A stretch of 64,000 nucleotides of DNA, from the NCBI GenBank assembly GCA_964016885.1, contig OZ024745.1, forward strand, positions 80,290,001 to 80,354,000, given 5' to 3'. A model generated the notes under the pieces. That model saw nothing but the letters and a program-made list of their open reading frames with translations, was not told where the DNA came from and searched no databases. The number at the start of each line of letters is the position of its first letter. The stretch's first letter is position 1. Of this stretch, positions 40,932 through 59,445 are shown piece after piece. This DNA comes from Eledone cirrhosa (Eukaryota). Position numbers and translations under genes: made by a program.

Positions 40932-41725
40932 AGGAAAGAAAGACAGAAAACGAAGAAAAAAGAAGAAAAAGAAGAAATGCATGGAACAAAATAGAGAGAT
41001 GGAAAGATAGATAAAGAGAAGAACTTCATGTAAAGAAACAGAAAGAGATATATATATAGAGAGAGAGAGGAAATAGAGATAGATACATATATATAGAAAG
41101 CTAGGTAGTGGGACGTCTGTTGAATAACGTATCAATGATACATTTATTTATTTATTTATTTAGCTCTAGTATTAATGTAAGGGAGATATATGGAGAGAAA
41201 CCAGCTGTTATATAGAGAGAGAAAAAAAATAGAGAGAGAGAAAAAAATATAGAGAGAGAAAAAAATATAGAGAGAGAAAAAAATATAGAGAGAGAAAAAA
41301 ATAGAAAAAAATAGAGAGAGAAAAAAAATAGAGAGAGAAAAAATAGAGAGAGAAAAAATTTAAAAATAACCAGACACAGGCGAGGCGTAAAAACCTCTGT
41401 TTTAATGTAGAGGTATTAGTATTTACAAAACCAGCCTCTACATTGTAAATATCAAATCAACCTTTTCAAATGCAAGTAGATGTTGTTACGGTATGTCGAA
41501 TCTATTTATCTATAAAACTGTTTATATTGTATTTTGTCTGAGGAAGGCATAGCATATTGTTAATATGATATCCCTGAAATATGTATAATGAAATAAATAT
41601 GGTTTTATAAATATAGTTTCCATTTATTTAATATTGTAAATATACTCCAAATATTTGTCGAGTGCTTTTATATCAGTTATAAATATTTACTAGTTGTAAC
41701 CCAACAATTTAAATATAACTTTCCA
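40690..41725 (+). mobile_element. P1-related PLE insertion with inverted end and AG-rich interior
   Basis: 40693-40867 is the reverse complement of ~41452-41630; hammerheads at 40726-40791 (-) and 41530-41595 (+). Confidence 0.72.
41530..41595 (+). ncRNA. Type I hammerhead ribozyme
   Basis: uauuuugu CUGAGGA agg..cauauu/aauaug..ccu GAAA uaugua UA^ augaaaua; stem II differs from the 5982 copy but remains paired. Confidence 0.78.
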
Positions 41726-41793
41726 TATATATATATTATATATATATTATATATATATATATTATATATATATTATATATTATATTATATATA

Positions 41794-41864
<71 letters not shown>

Positions 41865-41937
41865 TATATTATATATATATATATTGTATATATATATATA
41901 TATTATATATATATATATATTATATATATATATATAT

Positions 41938-44900
41938 ATCATCATCACCATCATCATCAACGTTTAACGTCCATGTTCCACACTTGCATGGGTTTGGACG
42001 GGGGTTTTCCCACTTGAGGCAAGAGTGATTGTCTTGCTCGCATAGGACTGTCTGGCGGGTTTTCTACAGCTGGATGCCCTTCCTAACACCAACCACATTT
42101 ACAGTGTGGGGCTGGGAGGTTTTTAGCATGTTGCCTACACGGCCACATTACAGCGTGGCCTGTCTGGCGGGTTTTCTACAGCTGGATGCCCTTCCTAACA
42201 CCAACCACATTTACAGTGTGGAACTGGGAGGTTTTTACCGTGTTGCCTACACAGCCACATTACAGCGTGGACTGTGTGTTTTTTTGTCGTGACACCTACA
42301 TGATCTCATTTGTTTCAGCCTGGATGTTGTGGCACCAACATAACTTTACATTGAAAGGGGCGGTGTGGATGGGGTGGGGGGTGGGACGGGGGTGTATTTT
42401 GTTAGAGATGCCTACTGACTGTAGTAGGTTTTACTTTGTATTTAGGTAAGGCGGGTTTTCTCTATTACTGAGTACCGCCAAATGTCTCGGTCCAGTGACA
42501 TTGTCTTGGAGAGGTGTAAGTGTATGAGGTCGGAATTTATCAGCTCGTCCCAGGTTTTTCTGGGTCTGCCTACTCCGTGGCTACCGTCTATCTTTATTGC
42601 CCTGCACTTTGTTATACAGCTATCGTCTTTCATGCGCATCACATGACCATACCAACGTAGCCTTCTCTCGAGTAAACAACATCTGATCCCTCTTATTTCT
42701 AATTTTTTCCTTAGTTCATTTATGCGTTGCCGTTCATGTATATTACTATTACACATCCAGCGGAGCATGCAAGCTTCGTTCCTCTCTAGTCTGCGTATAT
42801 CCTCTGCACACAATGCCCAAGTCTCACTGCCATGCAACATTGCTGTTCGTATGCAGGCATCATACAACCTGCCTTTCATTTTTAGGGAGAACCTTTTAGC
42901 GGCTAATAGTGGTATAAGCTCTCTGAACTTTTTCCATCCAGTTCTGACTCTAGTTACTGTACTTTCAGAGCACCCTCCCCCACTGCTGATTTTGTCACCC
43001 AGGTAACGGAAGCTGTCCACTATTTCTATAGAACACTCTGCGCAGTTGAAAGAGCTAGTATTTTGTGGGCACTTGCTGCTACTTATTGCACCAGAGCACC
43101 GGCCACATGTAAAATCTATGTTCTTAGTTAGCTTACCTGTGATCCCACTACATCTTTTATGCACCCATACTTTGCATTTGGGACACAAAATGGAGTTTCT
43201 ACCTACGCCTTTCCTACACACTGAGCATGGCCACTTCCCGGAAGGGACCGCCGCCTTATTTTCTTTCTTACAAACTAGAACTTTAGTCTTAGCCAGGTTA
43301 ATTTTAAGGCCTTTTGATTCTAGGCCGTGCTTCCATGTTTGGAATTTCTTCTCTAGCTCGGCCATTAATTCAGCTATGAGCGTTAGATCATCTGCGTATA
43401 GGAGTTCCCATGGGCAGCCGGTCTTGAGCTCCTCTGTTATAGCCTGAAGGGCAATAATAAATAGTAAGGGGCTAAGAACAGAGCCCTGATGGACACCAAC
43501 TTTTACGCTAAACTCTTCACTATATTCGTTGTTAATTCTAACCTTGCTGACTGTTTCTTTATACATGGCTTGTATAGCTCTCACAAGCCATTCATCAACA
43601 CCTAGTTTTCTAAGAGCCCACCAGATAATGGAACGGGGGACTCTGTCGAAGGCTTTCTCCAAGTCGACAAAGGCTAAGTATAGGGGTTTACTTTTAGATA
43701 GGTACTTCTCCTGTAGTTGTCGTACAATGAAAAGAGCATCTGTGGTACTTTTGCCTGACACAAACCCGAACTGCATTTCATCTAGATCAATTCACTCTCT
43801 GATTAGTTGCGCTATTACTTTTTCCGTGACCTTCATGACCTGGTCGATTTATTTAATGCCTCTATAGTTACTCCTATCTAGGGCATCTCCTTTACCCTTA
43901 TAACAGTTAACGATGATGCTGCTACGGCAGTCCTTCGGAACAACACCATTCTGTACGACTTGGTTAACTATCCGGGTGACCATGGTGTGTCCCACCGTAC
44001 CAGATGCCTTCAGCATCTCAGCAACTATTTCCGAAGGCCCAGCCGCCTTACCCGTCTTCATATCTTTGATTGCCTTACTTATTATACTACCCTCGACTAA
44101 CACTGCTGGTCCCTCTATTGGGTCGATGTGGGGGAGACTGTCTTTCTCCCATTTATTCTCCTCATTTAGTAGCCTTTCGTAGTGACACTTCCAAGCTACC
44201 TTCTTATCAGCGTCGGTGATGGCAAGTACGCCGTCATCATTAAGTACACACTTCTCCCTGACAATATCACGGTTTTCCTTGACACATTGCTTAGCAATCC
44301 TGAACACCTCACGTTTTTGGTCCTCGCGTTGTAGAACATGCTTGAACTTTCTTTCCTCTGCTTCCCTTCTTGCGAAGTACACTTGTCTCCTCCTTCCCTC
44401 CTGGCCACTTGATAGTCTTCTCTACTTCCCCCATCCCGCCATACTTTCCAAGCCTGCTTTTTGGCCTTAATTGACCCCTCCACCTTACTGTTCCACCACC
44501 ATGTTACTCTCCTCCTGCCTACATGCCTGCTCCAGCCACAGACTTCGTCTGCCGCCATCAGCAGGTTTGCTTTCAGGAATTCTCACTGTTCCTCTATATT
44601 GTACGACTCTAATTGCTCTTCCTTACTGTCGAAAGCATCAAGTAGTATGGTTTTAAATTTATTTCTGGCTGTGGGGTCCTTTAGCTTCTATATTTTTCTC
44701 CTGAGGATAGTCCTCTTTTGCTGTCTAGTACGTCTCGTCCTGACTATTAGGTCGCTAATTATCAGTCTATGTTGGGAGGTGCATTCTTCATGGGGGAGGG
44801 ATTTAGTGTTTACAACACACACTCTGTCACGTCTTCTGGTAAGGATATAATCTACCTGGCTTGTGTGTTCCCCCGATCTATAGGTGATCAGGTGATTGTC

Positions 44901-45090
44901 ACGTTTTTTGAAGTTAGTGTTACAGATAGTTAGGTTATTTGCGTCACAGAATTCCAGGATTCTGGAACCTTCCTCATTTCTAGTACCAAACCCATAGCCT
45001 CCATGGATTTCGTCGTAGCCGTCACAATGTTGTCCAACGTGACCATTTAGGTCGCCTGCAATAATTATATAGTCACTGTCGGTTATTTGG
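41938..45090 (-). mobile_element. RTE family A, longest copy (partial APE, RT, PHD, UTR), with a few stops and frameshifts
   Basis: ORFs 42442-43776, 43849-44382 and 44196-44558; AGDLNGHVG-type APE motif near 45030-45060. Confidence 0.93.
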
Positions 45091-45148
45091 GAGGTAGTGA
45101 TTATATATATATTATATATATATATATATTATATATATATATATATAT

Positions 45149-45224
<76 letters not shown>

Positions 45225-45262
45225 ATTATCTATATATATATATTATATATATATATATTATA

Positions 45263-45305
<43 letters not shown>

Positions 45306-45389
45306 ATATTATATATATATATATATTATATTTATATATATATTATATATATATATATATTATATATATATATATATATTATATATATA

Positions 45390-45570
45390 GTAATAATAAT
45401 AAAATTGAAGACTAAAATCCAAAGAGGGCTCGATAAGGAAAATATATATCAAATATATAAGAACCGTAGAGCAAATATTTATTAAAATAACAGATTAAAG
45501 TTTAAGCAAAGAATCGCTGCTTTCACCCTTAACGGGATCTTCTGAAACTAACAAAGTCAATCTGTAAATA
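45390..45570 (-). mobile_element. Inverted pseudo-LTR fragment of the Naiad-like PLE
   Basis: Reverse complement of ~49720-49900. Confidence 0.8.
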
Positions 45571-45586
45571 TATATTAAGTATATAT

Positions 45587-45619
<33 letters not shown>

Positions 45620-45701
45620 ATGTATATATATATATTATATATATATATATTATATATATATATATATATTATATATATATATATTATATATATATATATA
45701 T

Positions 45702-45732
<31 letters not shown>

Positions 45733-45799
45733 TATATTATATATATATATATTATATATATATATATTATATATATATATATATTATATATATATATAT

Positions 45800-45831
<32 letters not shown>

Positions 45832-45857
45832 ATATATTATATATATATATATATATA

Positions 45858-50273
<4,416 letters not shown>

Positions 50274-50274
50274 A

Positions 50275-50900
50275 TTTCAAAAAACGTTGCAACCGGAGGA
50301 AGACAGGAAGACGATACTTTGGATATTTATTTGTACATAAGCATACACACACACACATATTTATATGTGCGTGGTTTTGTATACCTATGGTAAGGTTTTG
50401 CGTATGCTTGTGTATGTACGTATCTGTTTGCGTGTATGTATTTATTTGTTTCTATTACTTCTGTATTGTATTTATTTACTTTGTTCTTAATCCTGTAGCG
50501 GAGATTCATTCGGTCTCCTAGTTAGATTTTTAGTCTACAACTTCTGCTATACCATTTACGTGGTTTTGTCTTTGTGTGCTTTGTTCTCCACGCTCCACAT
50601 ATGACTTATTATCTTCGTTTTTTCGTTCATTGCCAGAGAACGTCTCTATGCACCACCTAAGAGAAAATTAGTCTACGACCTCTTTTATACCACAAACGTG
50701 GTTCTGTCTTTGCGCGTAATTGTTTTTCCCTGCTCCTATTAATGACGTATTATTCATTTTTTCCTGTTCTTTGCCAGCGAACGTTACCACGAACCAAAGT
50801 ATCGTCTTCCTGTCTTCCTCCGGTTGCAACGTTTTTTGAAATATCCAGTTCTGCGTTTACAGATTGACTTTGTTAGTTTCAGAAGATCCCGTTAAGGATG
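50275..50900 (+). mobile_element. 3' pseudo-LTR fragment of the same PLE with a short inverted 5' piece
   Basis: Matches 49190-49765; 50275-50321 is the inverse of ~50794-50843. Confidence 0.82.
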
Positions 50901-51326
50901 AAATTTATCACCTGGTGCGCCGCTAGTCAAACGTGGTAAGCGTGTATTGAATAGAAATAACAGTCCAACACACACAACTTAATAAGCTCGACTTGTGAGG
51001 GAGCAGAAATATAAATGAAAATTAGAGTTTGACTAGCGGCGCACGAGGTGATAAATTTCATCTTTCTGTGTGAACGTTGGTACATAGTGTTTGTTGCATT
51101 TAATCAGATTCTCTCGCTGATGATGCCCAAGATTATCTGTTACAAACACACTCAGGGCGAAACAGATTAGGGATAATCTGTTCGAGAGATATAATGGTTA
51201 TTGAGGCGGTTTGTATAATAATATATTTTTATTTTATCATTCTGTCTGCTTCTTGGTTAAATATTTCAAACAAATGTGGTTTTCAACCCTTGTAATTTTA
51301 GACACACGGTTTACTGTGTTTCTTAC

Positions 51327-51329
<3 letters not shown>
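50897..51329 (+). mobile_element. PLE pseudo-LTR insertion with inverted end (separate family)
   Basis: 50897-50932 is the inverse of 51027-51062; contains a hammerhead. Confidence 0.7.
51110..51189 (+). ncRNA. Type I hammerhead ribozyme, full-size monomeric
   Basis: ucucucg CUGAUGA u-gccc...gggc GAAA cagauua ggga uaaucug UU^ cgagaga. Confidence 0.87.
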
Positions 51330-51399
<70 letters not shown>

Positions 51400-51404
<5 letters not shown>

Positions 51405-51989
51405 CAGGAAAGAAGAGTGACACGGTTTGCTATATAAAAAAGGTTTTTTAATCTCATTGCTGACAATTGTTTCTCTGAACTGGTAGGTCTAGAGATCGCT
51501 ACCCGCTTGTTTTCACGTTATTCGATCACCAATACAAAGTTATAACCAGTCAATTCATTGGAGCTTGTGAGAATGAAAAGAATATACAGGCATGGCTACT
51601 ATATATAGTAGTAATGGCATTCAATCAGAACAATAACAACAATACTAACAATGCTAGCAATAAATTATTTGAAATAATCACAACATCAATCTAGGTGGGA
51701 AATATAGTATATCTACTAGCTGACATGAGGCAGATGTATAAAATTGACAAGTAAAAGCTGTCATGGGGTGTATTATATATAGTGTAAAGATAAGCTGGTG
51801 GCTTTAAACAATGTAGGTCTGGTGGTAAGTACCTTATCAACCCATAAATATATCTCCTCTCAGCTGCTGTCAACACTACTCCCTCACCCTTGACTCAACA
51901 AATGAACCTAAATCCAAAGAACATATCAAAATACTACTACAGCAGAACTTTACCTTCCTCCTGTTATAATTGTAGTCAGCATGTTTTCT

Positions 51990-52087
<98 letters not shown>

Positions 52088-52930
52088 GTGTGTATATATA
52101 TATTGCCTCCTTAATCTCTGTATTAACTTGCCTATTATATTGCTACTCTGTTAATGTTGTCTTATACATGTATGTTATTGATGATGAGAAAGCTAGACAA
52201 CTCTTTCATCTAATATAGACCACACAAATATTGAACCTAACACCACAAATATTACTACCCTCACTACAGTGATAAATTTTTCATCTGTCAGTTAATAAAT
52301 GATTCTTACGGCCACCAGACCTACATTGTTTAAAGCCACCGTCTTATCTTTACACTATATATAATACACCCCATGACAACTTTTACATGTCAATTTTATA
52401 CATCTGCCTCATGTCAGCTAGTTTTACACACTAAAATCGTAGATATACTATATTTCCCACCTAGATTGATGTTGTGATTATTTCAAATTATTTATTGCTA
52501 GCATTGTTAGTATTGTTGTTATTGTTCTGATTGAATGCCATTACTACTATATATAGTAGCCATGCCTGTATATTCCTTTCATTCTCACAAGCTCTGATGA
52601 ATTGACTGGTTATAATTAGAACTTTGTATTGGTGATCGAATAACGTGAAAACAAGCGGGTAGCGATCTCTAGACCTACCAGTTCAGAGAAACAATTGTCA
52701 GCAATGAGATTAAAAACCTTTTTTGTATAGCAAACCATGTCACTCTTCTTTCCTGATTTACCATTACTCCAAGTGTTTACAACATAGGAATTACAGCGTA
52801 CTCGCAACATCACTATGGAAACGCCTTGTTGAGTCAAACTTAGCCAAGCGTTGATATCATCCACTACCCGGAGTACCATAACTGGACTACACCTAAGTGG
52901 ACTACCTATAACAATAATCTGTTACCACGT
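51400..52930. mobile_element. Inverted pair of PLE pseudo-LTRs separated by TA
   Basis: 51400-51826 is the reverse complement of ~52312-52760. Confidence 0.75.
52591..52702 (+). ncRNA. Type I hammerhead ribozyme, long stem II
   Basis: gcu CUGAUGA au-ugacuggu...accaguuca-ga GAAA caauug UC^ agc; the inverted copy at 51459-51564 has CCAAUGA. Confidence 0.75.
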
Positions 52931-53101
52931 ATATATAATATATATATATATTATATATATATATATATATATTCATCATCATCATATTATATATATATTT
53001 ATATATATATCTGTCTAACCCATGCTAGCATGGAAGAACGGACGTAAAACGGTGATGATGATATATATATTATATTATATATATATATATATATATTATA
53101 C

Positions 53102-53132
<31 letters not shown>

Positions 53133-53147
53133 ATATAATATATATAT

Positions 53148-53488
53148 TATCATCATTTCATTTCATTTTACGTCCGCTTTTCCCTGCTTGCAAGGGAGGG
53201 ACGGGAACTGATTATGGCTTGATTTCTACAGCTGGATGCCCTTCCTAACACCAACCTCATTTCCAGTGAGTGCTGGGTGCTTTTTTGCCGTGGCACCTCC
53301 ACGACCACTTTACAGTGGAATGATAGGGACCCCAGTCCCTATCATCTCATTTCTACAGCTGAGTAAACTGGAGCAATGTGAAATAAAGTGTCTTGCTCAA
53401 GGAAACAACACATCACCCAGTCTGAGAATTGAACTCACAACCTTTCGATTGCAAGGCCAATGCTCTAATCACTAAGCCATGTGCCTCC
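53148..53488 (-). mobile_element. SINE-2, full length
   Basis: Near-identical to 13829-14172. Confidence 0.85.
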
Positions 53489-53759
53489 TGTATATATTAT
53501 TATTCTCCTCTCCTAAAATTGCTGGCCTTGTGCCTAAATCAGAAACCATTATTATTATTATTATATTGTGAGATGTTAATGGACATGTCAGTCTTAGAGT
53601 TATGAATTCATACGTTTGTGTTATGTCTTTGGGCAAGACACTTAACTTTATTTTGCTAAATCTAATTAAGAATTTTTTTTTTTATATTATCACTATTATT
53701 TTTTTTTTTTTTTTAATGTGTGTTATTAAAAAAATATTTACTAAAACTATTTATTTCAG

Positions 53760-53832
53760 CAATTGAAGCATTAAGTGCAACCATCAGAAATATTTCTAGT
53801 TTTATATCATTGAAAACAAACTTGTTAAATAG
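53760..53832 (+). other. Candidate host exon (73 nt)
   Basis: ttatttcag| ... |gtaagc; open frame IEALSATIRNISSFISLKTNLLN. Confidence 0.4.
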
Positions 53833-54614
53833 GTAAGCAACTTCTCAGTTTTAAAGCTATACAGATTTTAAAGCTTACAAACCACGTTCAAACAAGAGGC
53901 TGTCTTATGTACTGGAGAATTCTGCTCTTTTCGAGAATGTTGACTTTTATTTTATTTTTTCCTATAAATATTTTTTTTTTCATTTCACTCATCTGCTTCA
54001 CTTCAGTTACCTTAATAACTCTGCAATCGTAGTAAAATGAAATTATAGTGGACTTTTGGAAGTTTCTCATAAATTACATAGATTTTTAGTTGAAAACAAT
54101 GTTTTACAAATATTGTGAGTGTGTATGTATATGTATGTATGTGAGTGAGTGTATATGTATGTATGTGAGTGAGTGTATATGTAAGTGTGTGAGAGTATGT
54201 ATTTATGTGTAAGTATGCATCCCACGCTTGCAAGCGGACGTAAAATGATGATGATGATGATGATGATGATGATGTATATATGTGTGTGAGTATGGATGAA
54301 TATGTGTGTGAATATGCATGTATATCTGTGTGTATGTATGTTTATACACTTATACTTACATCAACATCTCCCTTTTAATATCTTCCTCTCTTCAAAAGCT
54401 TGACTGGTTTCACACATATTTTGTTTCCACCGCCATTATATATTAAATTAGCATTCACTATTTCAAGTCTTATTTAGTCAAATCTGTCTTTCTCAGTTAA
54501 AATTCCAAATACCAATCCATTTTTTCCATGGATTCTCATTGTAAATCTATTTTATTTAACATTCTTCTTAATTTCAGTTACAGCAAGTTTTCTATTTATC
54601 TGCTTATATTGTTC

Positions 54615-54775
54615 TACTGGCAGAGCTGCTAGAATATTGGGTAGAATGCCTTGCTGTATTCATTTTTGCTTTCTGCTCTCTAAGTTCAGATCCCACTGAG
54701 GTCAACTTTGCTTTCATCCTTTCAAGGTCGATTAAAAAATTAACAGTCCGATACTGGAGTCATATCTCTCTCTCT
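54615..54775 (+). mobile_element. Old SINE relic
   Basis: Degenerate A/B boxes (tggcagagctg, aagttcagatccc) and gaggtcaactttgctttcatcctttc body. Confidence 0.5.
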
Positions 54776-55052
54776 CCCTCTCAAGAAATTGGCTATGTTC
54801 GGACCTGGGTAAAGGATGGGCTCCGCCAGGTTAAAAAAATTACCTGTATGTTAATATAAGCACCCCTATGACTCCATCAGGTGTTATGGGTTCGTTCATA
54901 CATTACCATACTTAACAAAATAGTATTTCTAATATAAATACAAATATTATACAGCCAAACATTGTTGAATGAATATAGAAACTCAAACTGCTCCCAGTAA
55001 TTTCAGTACAATAGCATCTTGCTTGTGTTTGCCCTTAAACTAATGAGAATTA

Positions 55053-55235
55053 CTGTATATACTTGAATATAAGCCAAGGAATATGTGACAAAAAATCGAT
55101 AGTAAAATGTGAGGTTAGCTTATATACGCCATCTAAACAATGTGTTGATAAGCCTCAGTTTATAAACAGGGTTTGGATTTTTACACATTTCTCAAACATA
55201 AAATAAGCGGGGCGCTTATATTCAAGTATATACGG
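55053..55235. mobile_element. MITE, Tc1/mariner-pogo-like
   Basis: 22-bp TIRs ctgtatatacttgaatataagc / gcttatattcaagtatatacgg; TA on the left, CA on the right. Confidence 0.65.
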
Positions 55236-56683
55236 CATATCTCTTAGAAAAATATCAATTATTTTCAATGATAATTAGATTTGTTCAATTAGTTCAATAA
55301 TGCTACCAATTTGTTTAATATATTTTATGCATTCGAATCAGCTCTACCAGTAATTTCATCATAGATTTATCAAATACTGCTGGTTCTATCTACACTTATT
55401 CAGTGACAACCTGGTTTTTTCAGCAACTAACCCAGGCTTCACTGCTCGTCAAGCTGAAGATTGCTGGGACCACAAAGTGGCCTGTACCTGGGCTCCCACC
55501 CATCAAAGAACACTCCTGCCACACCGTCATGGCCGGCATCAATGGCGTAGCGATATTATGACAGTAATATTTTTTCCTCAATTTTTTCTCTTTTTGAAAG
55601 TCATAATAAATCTACTTCTCTCTAATTATTCTATGTTTGTATGCCCTAATTGCTCTCCTCTCTTATTACTGACATATCAGCAATTAATTACTGCCTTAAT
55701 TTTCGTAGTCTGATCTCAGGACATCTGTAGTGCTATGTAATGTTCCTAAGTTATTAACTTGTAAGTTTTCTGTATAGGTTTTCTCTCCTAAACACATGTG
55801 AATAAATGACTTTAATACTGAGCCTCAATAAATGACCATGCAACATCATAAGTGAGTCTTTGTGAAACAGTCTGTTACACTGAAAAGATTTCTTGTGCGT
55901 CTTTTCATATGTCATTCTTTCTCATTTAATTTTTGCACTTACTACCAAATATAAACTACAACTATTGTATAGTTCCACACAAAAAAGTGAGACAGCCATC
56001 CCACATATTCCCACCAAAAAAAAAAAAATACACAGAAAATACTTTAATTTAAGATTTATATATTTTGGCTATACTCCCTACAAGTCCTTACAAATGAGAG
56101 CTTTCTGCACAATTTCATCTAAATAAACACCTGTAACTATTAATCACTGATATTATTTGTGAAACGAAAGACAATGAGATGAGGTTGTTATTATAACAGT
56201 AAAATATCTAGTTTCGCTATCAATATTATCAGATGTCAACTGTTTCTTGATGTTGCTTGATAAATAATCACATTTGTGTTTGTTTGTTTGTTATATATTA
56301 CATATTATGGTAATTAATATTTATTTTGGGGAAAAAAAGAGAGACATACTATCCTCATTACTTAGGGTCAGAGACCATGAATAAAAAGTGACATTGGTGG
56401 GTCCTGAATCCTCATCCAACTATTACTCGGAAGCTGGTTACTAAGCCACAGCTCATCCGCTTTCATCACAAGGACGAAGCCATTGGCCACTAGAAAGGTT
56501 GTCACTCCAGTTTTGAAATCAGAGTGATACTTCTCCTAGACAGATTGCCAACTAAGGTTAACAATCTCTGTCTACCCATATTGGAAAGATCTGGTCATTT
56601 TTATTTTTTTTACTCTTATTAATAAGAGATTATTCATTTCATAAACCGACCATGCCATAACACAGATTCCTTGATTACTTTAA

Positions 56684-56886
56684 TCCTTTAGCATTTGCAT
56701 TACTCTGTATATACTATTGTATCTTTGCAGTAAAAGGCTTTACCTTACATAATATCGAATCTATGAGATTTTGATATTATTTCTTTTGAGAACAATACTT
56801 TAACATCAGTATGAGTGGCTGGTGACAGCCGTTTTGAACAGAAAGAAGTGATAGAATTTTGGCCGAATATGGCCGGTTTAAATGCT
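56684..56886. mobile_element. piggyBac-like MITE, right end eroded
   Basis: ttaa-tcctttagcattt; homologous to 57454-57969. Confidence 0.55.
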
Positions 56887-57453
56887 TTATCTTATCCCTT
56901 ATCAGCTACGATGACAATTTAAAAGATCAAAAGTTCAGTTTCACATTTCAGAACTTACAAATACCTATTTGATAGCAAAACATCCTGCATAATTTTTGCC
57001 ATCAAAAGAACATCTATTTTCTTGCACAGCAAAGCACAAGGTTTTTATATTTTTCACATGATTTGGATAGATCTACAAATCTTTACCTAAGATAGAGGTT
57101 TGCTAGCTAGATTCTCTTTGTAGCAATCAAAGCCTTACTTATTTTGTAAATGTATTTGCCATGAAATGACAAATATTTATTTTTGAAAATATTTTGTTGC
57201 AACCATTTTTCTCTAGTTCCTATTGCTGCTACAACTAGAACAGCCGAACTTCACCACTGTCTGCTGTATTTTATACTTCAAATATGACTGGAATAATTTC
57301 CTTTTTTAGAATTATTATTGCTTTATGACTGACTCAATTACACAGAATCTATTATTCCTTTTGCACATAAACACACATAGGATGTCCAAGAAATGACTGT
57401 AAAGTTTACTAAGATATGTATTTAAAAACAAATAAGAAATTGGATTTGTTTAA

Positions 57454-57969
57454 CGCTTTAGCATTTACATCATCATCATCATCTTTGTTTAACGTCCACT
57501 TTCCACACTAGCATCCTAAATAAATGAGGTCGTGTAGGTGTCACAACAAAAAAAAACACACAGTCCATCTGTTATGTGGCCGTGTAGGTAACACGGTAAA
57601 AACCTCCCAGTCCACACTGTAAACGTGGTTGGTGTTAGGAAGAGCATCCAGCCGTAAAAAAAAACCACCAGACAGTCCTGAGCAAGACAACCAATCTTGC
57701 CTCAAGTGGGACAATTCCCGTCCAGACCCATGCTAGCGTGGAAGATGGACGTTAAACGATGATGATGATGATGATGATTACTCTATATGTACTATTATAT
57801 TTTCATGGAAAAGGCTTTACCTCACATAATATCGAATCTATGAGATTTTTATATTATTTATTTTGAGAACAATACCTCAACATAATTATGAGCAGCTGGT
57901 TACAGTCAATTTAAACAGGAAAAGGTGAGAGAATTCTGGCTGAATATGGCCGGCTTAAATGCTAAAGGG
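57454..57969. mobile_element. piggyBac-like MITE interrupted by RTE tails (57468-57778)
   Basis: TTAA cgctttagcattt ... aaatgctaaaggg TTAA. Confidence 0.68.
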
Positions 57970-58212
57970 TTAAATTATTGTCTATTTACTTCTGCAAGTT
58001 TGCTTATGAAGGTTCTGGTTGTTTTACTGATTATCTTGCGTGAAATAGATTTGCAACTGTCAATGAGCTTTGAGAGGGGGGACAACTGTTAATTCCACAC
58101 ATTCAGATATAGGCACCAGCATTAAGTTTTAGAAACATTAGTCCATCATATTTCACTCATAGTTGACCATAATACATTGGACTTGATAAACTCTAGGCAA
58201 ATTATTTTTCAG

Positions 58213-58240
58213 ATGCACCTTTTCTTGCTCCATCCCACAG
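58213..58240 (+). other. Candidate micro-exon (28 nt)
   Basis: atttttcag| atgcacc...cacag |gtaata; phase-compatible with 53760-53832. Confidence 0.3.
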
Positions 58241-58244
58241 GTAA

Positions 58245-58483
58245 TATAGAGAAATATGAGGGATTAAGTTGATATCGAGAAAGATGAGAGATTAAGTTGA
58301 TGTAGAGAAATATCAGAGAGTGAGTTGATGTAGAGAAAGATGAGGGATTGAGTTAATGTAGAGAAATATCAGGGATTAATAGAGAGAAATATGAGGGATT
58401 AAGTTAATACAGAGAGATATCAGATTAAATTAATGTAGAGAAATATGAGGGATTAAATTAATATAGAGAAAGATCAGAGGTTA
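58245..58483. repeat. Minisatellite, ~29-bp unit
   Basis: tagagaaa(t/g)at(g/c)agggattaagtt repeated about 8 times. Confidence 0.8.
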
Positions 58484-58606
58484 ACCATTCTCTTTGTTTT
58501 CTATGATGGAATTATTCTTCAGCAATGAAGAACAAATTGTTTTTATCATATGTTGATAATATTACCATCGAATAGACTAGTGGAATGTTTGACTAGGCTA
58601 TAATGT

Positions 58607-58945
58607 ATTACTATAGTCATACTTATCTACAGTCTAGTACTATAGTGGTACTAATCTACAGTTTACTATAGTGGTACTAATGTACAGTCTATTATAATGG
58701 TACTACCTACAGTCTACTACAGTGGTACTCATTTATAGTAGTACTATAATGGTACTTTCGTAATCTAAACCACCTTGTAATAATATGTAATGTTACAATC
58801 TGGGAAAAATACCATCCATCAACTTTGACATTTATTGGTGTTCCTAGTCAGTCCCAATGCCTCACCTTTCATAGTCTATTAATTTAGTGGTACTAATCTA
58901 TAATATATTACTTTAGTGGTACTAATCTACAGTCCATTACTATAT
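58607..58945. repeat. Degenerate ~27-bp tandem repeat
   Basis: tactatagtggtactaatctacagtc units at 58607-58755 and 58884-58945. Confidence 0.7.
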
Positions 58946-59143
58946 GGCTACACCTTTCAATATCATGTAAGGAAGAATTTATTTAGCATCTTGAACCCAC
59001 ATCCTTTAAAAAATGTCCAACTATTTTATTAACATTGATTAGAATATCATTTGGATAGAAATTATTATCAGAAGTGCAACATTCTGTTGTAGAAATCTAT
59101 TGTTACACTTTCACACCCTCAACACATGGTGCCATTGATATGG

Positions 59144-59445
59144 CAGACGTTCTCAAAGTGGACGCTGCTACCCCCCCCCCCCCCCCCATGAGAAAGTCGG
59201 GGGGGGGGGGAGTAGAGATGATATAATAGAATATCAAATGATACATACATAAATATAGTAAAATAAAAAATATATTTATTTAAACACAATATATATTATA
59301 TTATTATATATAAATTAACAATTTTATTTATTGTATATTTACAATTTGCATATAGGCAGCTGTCTCTGGAAATAGGGGTGGGGTGCGCTGAGGGTATTAT
59401 ATGGCCGTGAAAGAGGCGGTGGCCCCAAAAGTTTGAGAACCTCTG
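59144..59445. mobile_element. Old hAT-like MITE
   Basis: TIRs cagacgttctcaaa / tttgagaacctctg; 8-bp flanks do not match. Confidence 0.5.

Noticed and set aside
58245-58945. CRISPR-like arrays
   Set aside because: Degenerate contiguous tandem repeats without unique spacers; eukaryotic context; no cas genes
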